Positions 48,545-62,590 of a stretch of 64,000 bases of DNA are shown here, in pieces; positions within the stretch are counted from its first letter, which is position 1, and each line of letters begins with the position of its first letter. This DNA comes from Octopus sinensis (taxonomy: Eukaryota). The DNA is taken from the NCBI RefSeq assembly GCF_006345805.1, contig NC_042997.1:63054001-63118000 (forward strand), read 5' to 3'. Both the position numbers and the translations under genes were made by a program. A model generated the notes under the pieces. It was not told the origin of the DNA. It saw only the letters and a program-made list of their open reading frames with translations, and ran no database searches.

Positions 48545-49239
48545 TGATGATGATGATGATGATGATGGTCGCTTTTAGCATTGGTTTTGAAGAACAATTT
48601 TCACTGGGAAAGAGAATTGTCGCTTATATTGCTTTTAGCATCTGACTTCTTAATATTTATCGAGCCCGGAAACAAAGTTGGCCGTGCGAAGAATTGAACT
48701 CGGAACATGAAAAAAAAAACCCAATAATAATAATAATAAAAGATAAAAGTCGGAACAAATACCGCAAGGCACTGTGTTTGAAGCTCTAACGCTTCTGCCA
48801 ATAGCTGTAGTTGTAGTAGTGTTGTTGGTAGGAGGTTATCGGAGGAGGTTGTTAAAATATAATTTATTCGCTACTGCAACTAATGTAAGCCGCTGTATAT
48901 ACATGAAATTAGAGAGAGAAGGTAATGCTAGCTTGTAGGCGGAGCATTAACTTACCTGTAGATTGCATGATAGTAGTGCATAGTGATTATTATAATGGTA
49001 ATGGTGGTGGTGGTGGTGGTTATAGCGTTTGTTGTAGTGGTAGTGATAGTTCTGGTGACAGTGGTAGTCATGTGGTGGTAGTTGTGGCGGTGACTATTAC
49101 TGTAAAGATTGTGGTGGTGGTTTATGTGGTCGCCTCGATATTGATAGATTTGGTGGCAGTGGCGGTGGTAGTTTTGATGCCAGTTCAGATACATTGGCAG
49201 TTGTATGGTTAATGTTGTTGGAAACGGTAGAATGATAGA

Positions 49240-49600
49240 TCAAATTCCTTGCAATATTTGTTTACGTCTCTTAACATTTCGTGTTCAAATCCAGGCAGGG
49301 TTACATTTAGCTCTTATATTTTCTGGGCCGATCGGGGTATCACACATCAAATACTGGTTCGATCTAATCGACTGTTGCCCTTCACCAAAGGTCTGGTTTT
49401 GTACTTTAGTGTGCCGGGAAAATACTTTGAGGTATTTTTTCTATCTCTTTATGCTCTGGGTTCGAATATTGTCGAAGTTAACTTTGTCTTATAAATTCTG
49501 GGGCCGATTAAATAAGGTGCTAGTGAAATATTGGGGCTGATATAATCGAGTAAAACATGTTCCAGAATTCTAGATCTTGTACCTGTGTTAGAAACAAAAA
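49240..49600 (+). mobile_element. Old Meta-domain SINE in plus orientation
   Basis: gtgttcaaatcc / gggttcgaatat B-box-like motifs and an agaaac...attattatt tail. Confidence 0.55.
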
Positions 49601-49612
49601 TTATTATTGATT

Positions 49613-50100
49613 TAAAATTCTAGTACAAGGCCAGAATTTCGGGAAAGGGGATAAATCGATTTATCGACCCCAGTGTTCAACTACTGCATATCTTATCGAG
49701 CCTGAAAGGATGGAAAGTAAAGTCGACCTCGGCGGAATTTGAACTCAGAACGTAGCGGCAGACAAAAATACCTATTTCTTTACTACCCACATGGGGCTAA
49801 ACACAGAGGGTTACAAACAAGGACAGACAAACAGATTAAGTCGATTATATCGACCACCAGTGCGTAACTAGTATGAAAGGCAAAGTCAACATTGGCGGAA
49901 TTTGAACTCTGAACGTAGCGGCAGACGAAATACCGGTAAGCACTTTGCCCGGCATGCCAACGATTCTTTTCTACTCTAGTCACAAGGCCCGAAATTTTGG
50001 GGGAGATGGCCAGTCGATTAAATCGACCCAAGTACGCAACTGTGGTACTTAATTTATCGACCCCGAAACGATGAAAGGCAAAGTCGACTTCGGTATAATT
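49613..50100 (-). mobile_element. Meta-domain SINEs (two to three adjacent units)
   Basis: Family motifs; tail-to-tail with the plus-strand copy. Confidence 0.85.
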
Positions 50101-50454
50101 TGAATTTGAATTACGGACATATTAGCCCGTAATTGATATACAATAACATGTGCTTGGTCAAGTGACGTCTGTATGAACAGCCAGGTCCAATTGACCCAAT
50201 TATCTCGGAGATCTAACCCATTGTAGGTGAGGTAAGAAGGTAAATCAAAGAAATGACGCAGAACAGATGATCCACTTGCATATGTGTGGTCCTTAAAGAT
50301 ACTAAAAAAATAAGATATTTCAGCTTGTAAGTGAGAAACATATATATAAATAAAAATGAATATTTAGATATTTATGAAACATCGCTGTTTCCAGGAAAAT
50401 AGAAATTCCTACAAGGACCTTTAAACTTTTGTTACGATATTTTTAACTGAAATG

Positions 50455-50860
50455 AACCCTCACAACTACATGGTTCCGGGTTCCGTTCTACTGTGTGACA
50501 CCTTCGGTAAGTGTCTTCATCTATAGCGCCGGGCCGACGAAAGCCTTGTGAGTGGATTTGATAGACGGAAACGAAAAGAAGCCCGTCGTATATATATTTA
50601 TATATATATATATACATATTTATGCGTGTGTATCTTTGTGTCTGTGTTTGTCCCCTCACCATTGCTTGACATTCGATGGTGGTGTGTTTATGCGTTCGTA
50701 ACTTAGCGGTTTGGCAAAAGAGAACGATAAAATAAGTACTAGGCTGACAAAGAATAAGGTCTAGGGTCGATTTCTTCGGCTAAAACCTTTTAAGGTGGTG
50801 CTCCAGCATAGACGTAGTCAAAGGATTTGAACAAGTAAAAGAAATTAAAAAAATAAAAGA
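50455..50860 (+). mobile_element. OK/OR-type SINE, plus orientation
   Basis: catggttccgggttc...gagtggatttg...gctccagcat...aacaagtaaaaga. Confidence 0.85.
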
Positions 50861-52099
50861 ATAATGGTAAATTAAAACTGGTTTCGTAAAATAACTGCTG
50901 CTTCTGCGTTTTTTTATATATTTTTTTATCTATATGGAAGTAGTGCTTTGCTCACAACTTAACAGACGTTTCTTTCAAAAATTCCTAAGGGAATTTTTCT
51001 CTGAAACTAATCTAATAATAGATAGGGAGGGTAAAGTCTGAAATATTAAGTTTAAATGTCACCATATAGAATGCGCTATTAGCCAATTCTATAATGTATT
51101 ACACAATATAATTTACTAAATGTCCATAAATATATTTAATGTAAAATTTCCTATTTTTCTTTAGTTTCTCTCTCTTTTTATATTTTTAGTTTATATTATC
51201 TGAAATGGTTCTTCCTCGTTGTCATTAAATGAAACACTTATGTTGGGAGAAAAAAATTACAAGCCAATAGTTTTGACGTATGATGATGACAGATTCGGTT
51301 CAGCTCTTGAATGTTTGGATTCAGAAATATAAGTTTTATTAAGTAGATTGCTAGTATGCTTGTATGTGATCAAGACTTGTAATAAAATGTTTCTCCTACC
51401 TGGTGAGTCCTATCGTTATACATTGTGTTTAGAACCTCGACGTCCATACAATCACTCGCTGTAGATTACTTCTATGCTCAATGCATGCCCAAACAGTTGC
51501 CCGAAGATGACAACACCCATATCAATATATCCTAGTGTCTTTGAGACCTATGCACTCTCACACCAGCCAATCGGAAAACATGTGATGACCCAGCTCTAGC
51601 TGTCACCTTATTTTGAACATAAAAGCCAGGCACATGACTCCATATTCCATTCTCCGTTCAATAAAGACAAGGATCTTCACCAGCTCCTCGTTTGGGTGTG
51701 TATGGAAGCTCTTACTACTATTATTTTAAACAGAGATATGTTACATGTCACCTCTCTGTAAGAAGACGCTGTTTTAATAACTTGCTTCATCTACTCATTG
51801 TTTTCTTTGAGCTGGTTCAAACCAAATCACTGTTTTTATGCCGCAGTGTAAGTAAATTATGGAAAATTGTTAGTCCTCGCACGACCAAGGATTTATGATC
51901 TATGGAGGAGACGAATTAAAGGGAAAAAGTCATATACAAAGAGTGATCACACCTCACTATTCAAGAATCTCTGAAGTTTCAGTGGTTCCAGTGCACTTTC
52001 TTAGCTATAACAGTGTGTTGACATCATATGGATAACTTTCCTTCCAAAAGAAGAGAAACAGCAGATGCTCTAATCTAGTCGGGTAAGGCAGTACATTTA

Positions 52100-53400
52100 G
52101 AAAATATATAACAGAGGATGATGTACAATTTTGCCAGCTAAGCCAAGTATTTCAGTGAAAGCTTCCTGTCTCTCATTTCTTTGTGAATCTGCTTATCCTG
52201 CTTATAATCTAACCCTGTGGTTTTGACCGGATCATTTCGCAGGCTACTTGATAAGTCCATCGGTCAAGCGACACGTAACGCTATTTGACGGCATGGACTT
52301 GTATCTCCAAACGGTGAGCTGCAAGTCTACTGATTTGAGCGGCTTAATTTTTCATTCTAACTCTTTCGAACGACGCCTTCCATCTCAATATCTATGGTGT
52401 CCAATACAATTACAGAGAGTTCGTCTACATACAGTTATCCGGCGTTCAAATTCGAATGAGATGCTGTTCAGCATTTCTAGAGTGGCATCTACAAATAGGA
52501 TGACTGGTACAATTTGATAGACCTAGTGTGTGGTTCGCAACGGTTCTCAGAAATGACTATTTAATTCAATCACTTTCTCAGGAGAGGTCACTATGTATTG
52601 AACCGATTCAGCTTCTGAAAACGTATCTGAAACACGTTGAGATTAGATGAAAAGTAATGATGTTTAGTCATACCGGAAACTTTTGCATGATCTATGTTGA
52701 GTGCATCACAACAATTTTCAAGTATCCAACTCACTTTCTTTTCAATCTGTTGAAACTGGAGGCATATCTGTCTGAAATCATACATATCTGCACTTTTCCT
52801 ACGACCACACTACAGGTGGCATGCGCTAACTTCATTTTTAGCAACTTGTCAAAAATCTTGAATGCTGCATCCGGCAAGGTTACGAGCCTTGAAATTATCA
52901 ACGACTACCCCCTTGTTTAGGTCCTTCTGCTATATCACTGTCACAATTGGGAAATCTCACTTCCTGCTACTAAAAGATTGATGAATAATCTAATAGGTAT
53001 GCGTAAATCTTGAGTATCTAAAACATGAGATCTTCAATCCTTCGCAAAAATAATTTCCATCAATCGTATACCATCAACTGTTAATGGTTTTCCGAAATCG
53101 TTCATCGAGAACCACAGTAGATTTGTTGAAGTAGATAGTACAATCCATTACTGTTGCCATTAATCACTGCTTCGAATCATTGAGTTATGCGTCATTGAAA
53201 CGACACATATCCGGATAGTCAATGGCCGTATTGCAGTTTCGTTACTACGCTATGTCTCTATCAGTCTAGCCCAACGAATGGCTTTCATTCTGCCATTTAA
53301 GAAGTTATCTTTTTGAGATATCTCACGATATCGCCCCCAATTGTCTGACGTTCTACGAAGTCTTCAACAGTGTACTGTCTTAGTTATTTTTGGTGGCAGC
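52100..53400 (-). mobile_element. Possible ancient L2/CR1-group LINE relic
   Basis: Weak minus-strand motifs DFGKPLTVD (KAFD-like) and VRFPN...GPKQG (PQG-like) in the expected order. Confidence 0.3.
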
Positions 53401-53521
53401 GAGCCCTCATAAAATTCTCTTCTTTGTATTTAATTCTGTATTTATTCTATTAACAACATTGAAGAAGTAGATGGGATTTGGATTTTGTGTGTTTGGATAA
53501 AGATTGTTTTCCAGAAATTCT

Positions 53522-55040
53522 TAGGTTTCAGATTTCCGGGAAATTTGGCTAAACTTACAATCGGGAATTCATGGGATTTTATTCTTTTACTCGGGAATTT
53601 ACATTAAGTTGCAAGATTATCTTAAGGTGTTCAGGCAGTTCCACAAACAGTCTTTTAAGCCATCTAAAGATCGTTATCGAAGGTATTTTCTTAGAGCCCA
53701 GTTTAAATAGAATAGTCATATGTTCACCGAAAATAAACGAATTTTATGGAGAAATGGATCGAAATTTTAAAAACTATTTATGGATTTCTTTGAAGGCTGT
53801 AATTAAAAAGTGCTCTATTAGAAAGGCAATCAAGTTTAACCAAAGAATGGTGCTCATTCAACGTAAATGATTCGACGTCAATATAATTAGACATAAATAA
53901 AACTGTATTTGACGAAACAGTTAAAAGAACTCACATTTTGCCTATTTGCAGATACTTGAATGTAAATGTGCATCTATCCGGTAAATTCTGGAATTTATGA
54001 GCGATTATATTTTATCTAAGTTCACCAACTGGAAAGAAAATTGCTTAACTTTTAAGAAACAATACTTCCTGAACTCAACTCTGATTTAGAGAAAAAATAT
54101 AGAGGTAGTGGAAAGAGCTGGTGCGAGTGTAATGGTTTGATTTAGTCAGGACATTAGTTGCAAGCCTCAGTTGTGTCACTCAATAGTATCTCATTTGAAT
54201 GCTTTTGATATTGTTTACAAGAAAAGAGAATCAAATAGCGAAGATAGATTAAATAATCATCATTGCAAAAGATGATGAGGAGTTTGATAATAGAGGAATA
54301 TCATAATCAGAATACTGCTTCAGCAGTTACGAATGTAGAAATAATCAGGCAACAACTGACTTAGTTGCAGAAGACCTTTCACAGATGAAAATTAAAGTGT
54401 GAAGAATTGTCAGTTCACTTCGTATATCTCCAACATTATCAACAACAAAAAAATAAATTGTGTAGAAATATGTTTAAAAGGAACACGATCATGAAATAGA
54501 TGTAACCAATGATAGCCAAGCATGGCGGAATAGTTTAATTGCAATAGTAAAACGAAATTTTTTCCTTAAAAGCAGTAAATAAAAATTATTGTTGATGTAA
54601 AACAATCTCTAGGTTTTTCAGGTAATGGAGTGAATCTTGTTCACGCTGTTATGTCAGCATTCGAACCAATCAAAACTCAAGATGAAAGACAAAAGACCTT
54701 TGTTCACGAATTGTGATTGAACCTTGAATGAAAACAATGAAAACAAGATATGATTCATGAAACAATATTATCAATTTGACTGAAATAAATTTTAGTTGTC
54801 AGAAAAAGTTTCCTTTTGCCATTTTCGTAAACTGCAAGAATTTTCTTCACGGGTATTCATAATTATTTAAAGGGGTACATTATTTTGTTCCTTATTCTTT
54901 CAATTTTCCAGAAATCTAAACAATTAAATAAGAGAAATAAAAAGTAAAGAGAAGTGATAAAAAATTTTCGGACACGGAATTTTTTGTTTTATACCCCAGA
55001 TTTCCCGGGAATGATGAGATCCGAGAAACTGAGATCCTTA
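53522..55040 (+). mobile_element. Decayed hAT-superfamily transposon
   Basis: Peptides GASVMV, QLCH, an acidic stretch, KV*RIVSSLRISP, WRNSL; degenerate TIR-like ends (TAGGTTTCAGATTTCCGGG / rc TAAGGATCTCAGTTTCTCGG) with subterminal CCCGGGAA motifs. Confidence 0.5.
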
Positions 55041-55749
55041 GTTTGTGATCTTAGTTTTTTTGCTGTTATTTGTTGATGTAGTCGTTGCTGTTTTTGCTGA
55101 CTTTTTAGTACTTTTACTGTGGCTGCTTCTAATTTTGTGTTTCTTGCATTTTGCTGTACAAGCGGAAATAGCCATTCTTAACAATCACCCTGCTATAGAT
55201 TTTGTCATTGTTGCCGAAAAGGCAATTTCTATAGATAATTTGATGCAAGATATTGCCGAGATGTCTTTGAGCTGAATGGAGTCAAAGCTGATTGTATTCT
55301 TTATGCTCATGACACTTTGGTGTTATATTTCTGGTTGTAGCAGTTCCAAACATAATTTTCTGTCTCAGACATGAGAAAGAGAAAACAGAAGTAATAATAA
55401 ATGTATGGCGACTGAGAGAAAAGTTCATCTATAGTGAGAACAGAAAATATTGCCCAATTCCCTTTGCTCTTCGCATCATCCTTTCTTGTTGATCACCTTA
55501 CAAATAGCCACCATGTTAGTTGCTTTGAATTGTATAACAAAAGTTAATCAGTAATAGACAGCAGTCCTTAACGAAGCAGAAAGAAAGGAATCAACAAGTT
55601 ATACAATGCCGTGATTGGCTATGTATATTATGAGAAAGAACGCACACTTTAGAAATAATAATTAAAAAAATTTGATAAGGCAACAATTATTAAAAGATAC
55701 AGTGAGATGCCGCTCACCTAGATGAAAACAATGATAGTAATGATAATAA

Positions 55750-55960
55750 CAATTCTTTCTATTATAGTCACAAGACCTGGAATTTGGGAGCAGAGGGCTA
55801 GACGATTACCTCATTTCCATTGGTTGGCAAATACTTATTTTATTGACCCTAAAAGGATGACAGGTAGAGCTGATATCAGTAGATGTACTCTGAAATATAA
55901 AGAAAACGGAGGAAACGCTGCTAAGCCTTTCGTCTGACACACAAATTTTACCAAGAAATC

Positions 55961-56016
<56 letters not shown>

Positions 56017-56436
56017 CTTAAATTTTGGCACAAGGCCAACAATTTCGCGGGAGAGGTGGGACGATTAAATCGGCCCCTGTACTCAAGTGGTACTTATTCT
56101 ATCGAACCCGAAGGGATAAAAGACCAACTTGATGATGGTGTGAATCGAACTCTGAAATATAAGGAAAACGGAAAAATGTCGCTAAGCATTTTGTCCGACG
56201 CACTAACAATTTCTTATCAACAACAACAACAAGAACAACAATAATGGTTTCAATGTTTTCCACAAGTGCAGCAATTTTGGGGGAGGGGATAAGTCGATTA
56301 CATCGACCCCAATGTTTCATTGGTACTTAATTTATCAACACTGCAAAGATGAAAGGCAAAGTCGACCTCCGAATTTGAACCTCAGAACCGCTAAACATTC
56401 TGTCCAGCGTGCTGACGATTCTGCAGCTCACTGCCT
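55750..56436 (-). mobile_element. Three Meta-domain SINE monomers separated by AAT/CAA repeats
   Basis: Family motifs at ~55750-55945, 56015-56215 and 56250-56436. Confidence 0.8.
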
Positions 56437-56445
56437 TAATAATAG

Positions 56446-56483
<38 letters not shown>

Positions 56484-56487
<4 letters not shown>

Positions 56488-56917
56488 CACAGATTTGCTT
56501 GTCAGTTGTTTGACCTTAACCAGTTGAGCATGTCCCTTAGTGGCTGACGATATGTGCATCTCTGATCACGAGCAGAAGTAGTGGGGGAGCATCATAGCCA
56601 TGTGTTGAGAGGGATTCTTTGGGGTTTGAATAGTTCACCTCTGGAAACATGGGTGGTTCTTTCAACATCCTTAAACAACCCTTATTCAGGGACCGTTTGA
56701 GCGGGATGGGCTACTCAACCTGAAGAAAATTCTAACTGGGCCCCACCTGCAAGGTCATGTGCTGTTTATCTTGATATGAGATCACCATGTCGCGCACATA
56801 TGGTTGTGATGCATGTGCCTGGTGTACCTTTATCAGACGGGTAGTCATGATGGGTATATTGGGCTTCGTATATTTTATCCCAGTGTCACTTTGATGGCAT
56901 GAACTGCTCTCTCACTC
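56484..56917 (+). mobile_element. 560-bp retroposon copy F (5'-truncated)
   Basis: Truncated at the internal AATAccacag, microhomologous to the flanking (AAT)n. Confidence 0.92.
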
Positions 56918-56980
56918 AATAATAATAATAATAGTAATAGTTATAGTAATAATGATGATGATGATGATTATGATGATGAC

Positions 56981-57026
<46 letters not shown>

Positions 57027-57537
57027 TTGATGATATCAATAAACGTAGCAACAACAAACATCAATGCAGTAAGTTTTTATTTTCTCTATTTGGTCAAAAG
57101 TCCGCTTCATATTTTTTTTTCTTTTTCGGGGAGGTGGGTTAAAGAAAGTTTTATACAAGATTCGGGGTAAAAAGCGACATTATTATACGAGCATATCAGC
57201 GACATTATTGTATGTACTGAGTCATATACTATTCATAAGAGGAACAGAAAAATAACGAGTCAGGTGCGTAATCTTCACTGTAAACACTACTAACCGTTTT
57301 ATACAAGAAATGTGTGAATGTGCAGAGTGTTATATGTATGTGTGAATCTCCTTCAGTCTCTGCATCTATCTGTCTACCTGACATTTTTGTTTTTGTGTCT
57401 CTTTGTCCGTTTCCCTCATTTTCTCTCTTCCTATGTCGTTATATACGTAGAAATAGATACACACATGCACACAACTCACTACATACAAACACAAACACTC
57501 ATATACATACATAAATGCTTACATACATGTTAATATT

Positions 57538-57538
57538 T

Positions 57539-57619
<81 letters not shown>

Positions 57620-57636
57620 CATCTATCCATCTATCC

Positions 57637-57706
<70 letters not shown>

Positions 57707-57741
57707 ATGTCTGTCTGTCTGTCTGTCTGTCTGCCTGTCTG

Positions 57742-57820
<79 letters not shown>

Positions 57821-57845
57821 GTCTGTCTATCCACCTGTCTGTCTA
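57538..57845. repeat. (CTAT)n/(CTGT)n microsatellite
   Basis: Direct reading. Confidence 0.97.
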
Positions 57846-58641
57846 CACCCACATACATACGAATATTATACACACATACGGGCATTCAAAACACTTTACT
57901 AATTGACGTTAAGTTGTATATATTTATATGTATAAGGATATATGTGTGTGTGTGCACGCGCGCTTGTCGCATGTACACATGCGTTCATATGTATGAATAT
58001 AGATATGATTCTTAACCCTAATTATACATATATATATATACACACACGCACACACACACACACATATATATACACATACATATATAAACATCTATATCTA
58101 TCTACTTGAAGCATGTATACATACAAGTAGTGTATATATGAATATGTATTATGTGTATGTGCATATACGTATATAAGTGTAAAGCCTTCTATATTAATAT
58201 TCATATAAATATATGTATGAACCCATTATTTCTTTCATATATGTATATGTATATATTTATTTTTCTGTCTGTCTATATGTATATATATGTATACATATAT
58301 ACTTATATTTTCTTTATATAGACATACACACCCGCAGACACGCACATGACACTTGCATCAACTACTTCAGGTAAAATAGAAGTAAAATCGAAGTCATGTG
58401 AAGCGTGAATTTGCTATACCACAAGTTGGGTGGGTTTATTTTATTCAAAGTAGGACAAACCACGTGCTCGGCAACAACAGAAAAACGGTCACTGGCGTCA
58501 TCACTACTTTCAACTTCCAACATCATAAATGAACGTCAGTAACAAGATCACAAACACGAAAGACAGCGATAGCAGGTGTGAAAGAAGCGCTGTCGTAAAC
58601 AATATGCCCTTCTACAAAATCCTACAGCAACGCTTCATGTC

Positions 58642-58644
<3 letters not shown>

Positions 58645-58708
<64 letters not shown>

Positions 58709-58802
58709 ACAAACACACACAAACACACACAAATATATATAAATACATGTATATATATATTTATATATATATATGTATATATATATATACACACACAAAC
58801 AT

Positions 58803-58836
<34 letters not shown>

Positions 58837-58863
58837 CATATATATATACACACACACACACAC

Positions 58864-58945
<82 letters not shown>

Positions 58946-58973
58946 CTGTCTGTCTTTCTCTCTGTGAGTGAGC

Positions 58974-59000
<27 letters not shown>
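58645..59000. repeat. Compound (CA)/(TA)/(TG)/(GA) microsatellite
   Basis: Direct reading. Confidence 0.95.
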
Positions 59001-59005
<5 letters not shown>

Positions 59006-59422
59006 ATGTATACATATAACATATATCTATACGCACACAGATAATATACACGCCTTCTTACTTACACACGAACACGCGTATATGTGTATGTGTATATGGT
59101 CCCAAAATACAGAAGTAAATACCTGCACTGACGAGGCGAAAGAGTAAGAGACAAGGTGTATATGGGGATGTGTTTACATATATGTGTGTGCATTTATGTA
59201 TGTATTTATGTACGTATTTGTGTGTGTGCATGTGAGCGTTTGCGCGTGTGTGTGTATACACACACACACACACATATATTGATTTATTATTCATCATTTC
59301 TCTGTCTCCAGTCATTGACTGTGGGTACTCTGGGGTACTTAACTTTAGGTCTTTACTCCATCTTATCGATATCAGTACATGTCGCTGTATTATACATATT
59401 TAATCGATTCGTATTGTCGTAT

Positions 59423-59471
<49 letters not shown>

Positions 59472-59491
59472 CATATATATATATATACGTA

Positions 59492-59532
<41 letters not shown>

Positions 59533-59702
59533 ATCTGTATAAATGTAAATATATATAAATACATATATACACACGCACATACACACACACACATACACAC
59601 GAGTAAGTGGGCAATGATAAGAGGCACTCGTCAGAGTGAGCTAGGTTCCTCTAATGAGTCTATAAAATTTGAAATTTCATGGTGCAGAAATAAACTGCGT
59701 TA

Positions 59703-59775
<73 letters not shown>

Positions 59776-59814
59776 GCAACAGCAACAACAACAACGACAA
59801 TAAATTTAATAATA

Positions 59815-60052
59815 GTAATGTGCGAATTATTGATGGGTACTCGGGGACAGTATCAGAAGGCATTAACAGGAATATAAAAGTGTACCCTGTAGAATTGTTA
59901 CAAAAGTTTTGCATACTTGAGACAGCCAGAAATAGTCAGGAGAGTATTAGATAGTTGAAAAGTACATGTAGTAACGTACCGGAGGCTGCAGGCAGCACGC
60001 CCGCTTTCCATGCAAGACTTAAGCAGTTCTAACAAAGCCTCAGTTAAAAAGA
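59815..60052 (+). mobile_element. Dong/R4-clade LINE 3' end
   Basis: VRIIDGYSGTVSEG...ELLQKFCILETAR/IVRRVLDS* resembles the R4 C-terminal motif (IIVGALGTV...LQKA.LLGTARIVRKVL); short UTR then AATAATAAT; (AAT)n upstream. Confidence 0.75.
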
Positions 60053-60619
60053 ATAATAATGAACAATGAACATCATTGACAATAACAATAATAATGTTTC
60101 CCTGGGATGAAACATTCAATCTCAGATCATCGCTAAAGTAGGACTGAAAAAAAAAATGACTGAAAGAAAATTATGTTTTAATGCAAGTCATTTCAAGAAA
60201 CCGAAATATTTCTTTCATATATAAAATATATGAAGCCTCCTTTCTTCAAAATATCTTGTTACGGCAAAATATGTACGTGAAAATGTAACCAACATGAGGC
60301 GATGTGAGTTCCAGATACAACAGAACTGTAAACAAACTCTGAGTACGAGAATTAATCACACAATTTTCCCATTTCTACACATATGCACATTGCTGTTTCT
60401 CGCTTATACATCAACTCCGAACGTGTCCAAGTCTCCACACATAGACAAAACAACAATCGAACGCACGGTATTTAAATGACTTAATAAAAGATGCCTCAAG
60501 TTTCTTTCTAGACAGAGGAGAGAAGCAGTTGTGGTCGGTGATAAAGCTATCAAGAGCAAAGAAAGCGAGGTGTTCTGAACAGAGGGACTCATCTCGTAAT
60601 GTCACTGTCCAAACGAAAA

Positions 60620-61090
60620 ATAAACCCAAAGCATAACGAAGGACGGTTGGCGGCTCTATTGAAGTGCTATATAAATTCTACAATGGAACACTATACCTAA
60701 AACACACAGGAATAATAAAAGGAACATATGGAATATGAAGGAAAAGTGATAATGATATAAGAGAAAACAAAATACACTTTCAAACGTCTGATATCTTACG
60801 AGAAGGGAAAGTTCCCAAAACCGAAATAGACAAACTTATTCAGAAAATATCCAATAAATAGACAACTCCCACAACATGCATTCTACAGGTCGGATGCTCA
60901 ACAGAAGAACAGAAGACTAGCATTACACTCACAACGCACAATACAAACACTAATACAACAAGACTCAAGCCAACCCCATAACGATACATACTGTTGCAAT
61001 ACCATACCGGGAAGAATTTGTACACGCTCAAATTCCACAAAAAGGAAAAAAAAAATGAGAACACACAAAACTGCACTCACCTCAGCAAGT
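60620..61090 (+). mobile_element. Probable Dong/R4 ORF N-terminal relic
   Basis: IEVLYKFY, GTYGI*RK, SDILREGKVPKTEIDKLIQKI resemble R4 N-terminal motifs. Confidence 0.4.
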
Positions 61091-61169
61091 GATGCAGTAG
61101 AAATTTGCCTTAAACTCTCATATGTCGAATGATAATAATAATGATTATGATAATAATAATAATAATAAT

Positions 61170-61223
<54 letters not shown>

Positions 61224-61244
61224 CATAATAATAATAATAATGAT

Positions 61245-61337
61245 ATAAGTCTCCATATATATAGTTTTTAATAGAAAGCAACACATTCCTTAATGAACAA
61301 AAAGGATGTAAACGTAGATCCTATGGTTGTAAAGATC
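61245..61337 (+). mobile_element. Dong/R4 RT fragment (start of RT)
   Basis: ESNTFLNEQKGCKRRSYGCKD (EQKGCR..S.GCKD motif); preceded by (AAT)n 61130-61240. Confidence 0.75.
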
Positions 61338-62179
61338 TGTGCAAGAGATAGTAGAGCGGTTAAATGTATCACATGCAACAACATTTCTTGGACTCGTTAA
61401 GAAGCTGGATATTTGGGTTACACATAAATTTAAAGGGATTCACTTAAGACAACGAATCAATATTTGCGATATTTGCGATACTCAATGAAATCGATCTTTT
61501 TTGGAATGAATCATCACCAGTGATGAAAAATGGATTGTCTACAATAACATCAATCGAAAATGATCATGGTCCAAGCGTAATGAAACCAGCACAAACCACA
61601 TCGAAAGCTGAATTGCATAAAAAAAGGCCATGCTGTCAACTTGGTGGGATTACAAAGGTGTTGTGTATTTTGAGCTGCTTCCAAGAACCAAACAATCAAC
61701 TCAAATTTTTACTGTCAACAACTAATGAAACTGGTGGAAGCAATTAAAGAAACACAGCCGGAATTGGCTAATATTAAAGGAATGGTGTTCCACCATGCCG
61801 ACGCCATAACCTACACGTCTTTGCTAACTCGTGAAAAATGATTAGAGCTTGGTTGGAAGGTGACGTCACATATACCATATAACACTGACCTTGAACCATC
61901 AGATAACCATTTATTTCGAAGTTTACAAAATTCTTTGTATGTTAAATCTTTCAATAATGATGATACGCTGAAATCGTATTTGCTTCAGTCTTTTGTTGAT
62001 AAGGACCAGAAGTTCTATAAACGCGGAACCATGAAGTTGCCAGAAAGATGGCAAAAGGTCATTGAACAAAATGGAAAAAATATAATTGATTAAAGTTCAT
62101 TTTTTGCATGAAAAAAGAATGAGTTTCATTTCACACTAAAAAAAAGAAAAAAAAAAGGATTACTTTCTTGCCAACCCAA
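61338..62179 (+). mobile_element. mariner (DD34D) transposon, left end missing, decayed
   Basis: ITSDEKWIVYNN, WWDYKGVVYFELLP, PYNTDLEPSDNHLF with 34-residue spacing, KLPERWQKVIEQNG; right TIR ...TTTCTTGCCAACCCAA followed by TA. Confidence 0.92.
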
Positions 62180-62181
62180 TA

Positions 62182-62470
62182 AATGGTCCGATTTTAGTGA
62201 AGGCTGTAAATACTTGGTCACCATTGTTACTTAGATATTCAGCAGCTTTTAAAGATTGGGCAAAATCTGATTTAGCAAATCTAGACAGAAGAACTAGGAA
62301 GAAATTCAATATGAATGGAGGACTTCATCACAGAGCAAGAGTAGGACGATTATATTTACCTAGAAAGGAAGGTGGTAGAGGCTTAATATCAGTAGAAGAC
62401 CGTGTGAAGTTAGCTAGAGTAGCTATAGCCTCCACTGTAGGTAGTAGTTAACTTTATTAAGAATTGCTAA
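62182..62470 (+). mobile_element. Dong/R4 post-RT fragment
   Basis: KAVNTWSPLLLRYSAA...LDRRTRK...RLYLPRKEGGRGLISVED. Confidence 0.88.
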
Positions 62471-62496
62471 TGCGACAGTAGGTGATAGAGAAGCTG

Positions 62497-62590
62497 CGTA
62501 GCACCTTCTACTATAGCCTCGGGTCAACCAAAGCCTCGTAAATGGATCTGGCAGACGGAAACTGAAAGAAGACCGTCGTATATATATATG
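62497..62590 (+). mobile_element. OK/OR-type SINE fragment, cut at its (TA)n by an RTE
   Basis: cttctactatagcctcgggtcaaccaaagcc...gacggaaactgaaagaag. Confidence 0.8.

Noticed and set aside
50376-50400. GAAACA-TCGC-TGTTTC hairpin
   Set aside because: No catalytic core upstream on either strand.
59124-59160. CTGACGA-GGC-GAAA (and a CTAATGA...GAAA motif near 59650-59675)
   Set aside because: Stem II too short or unpaired and stem I does not close; at most eroded relics.
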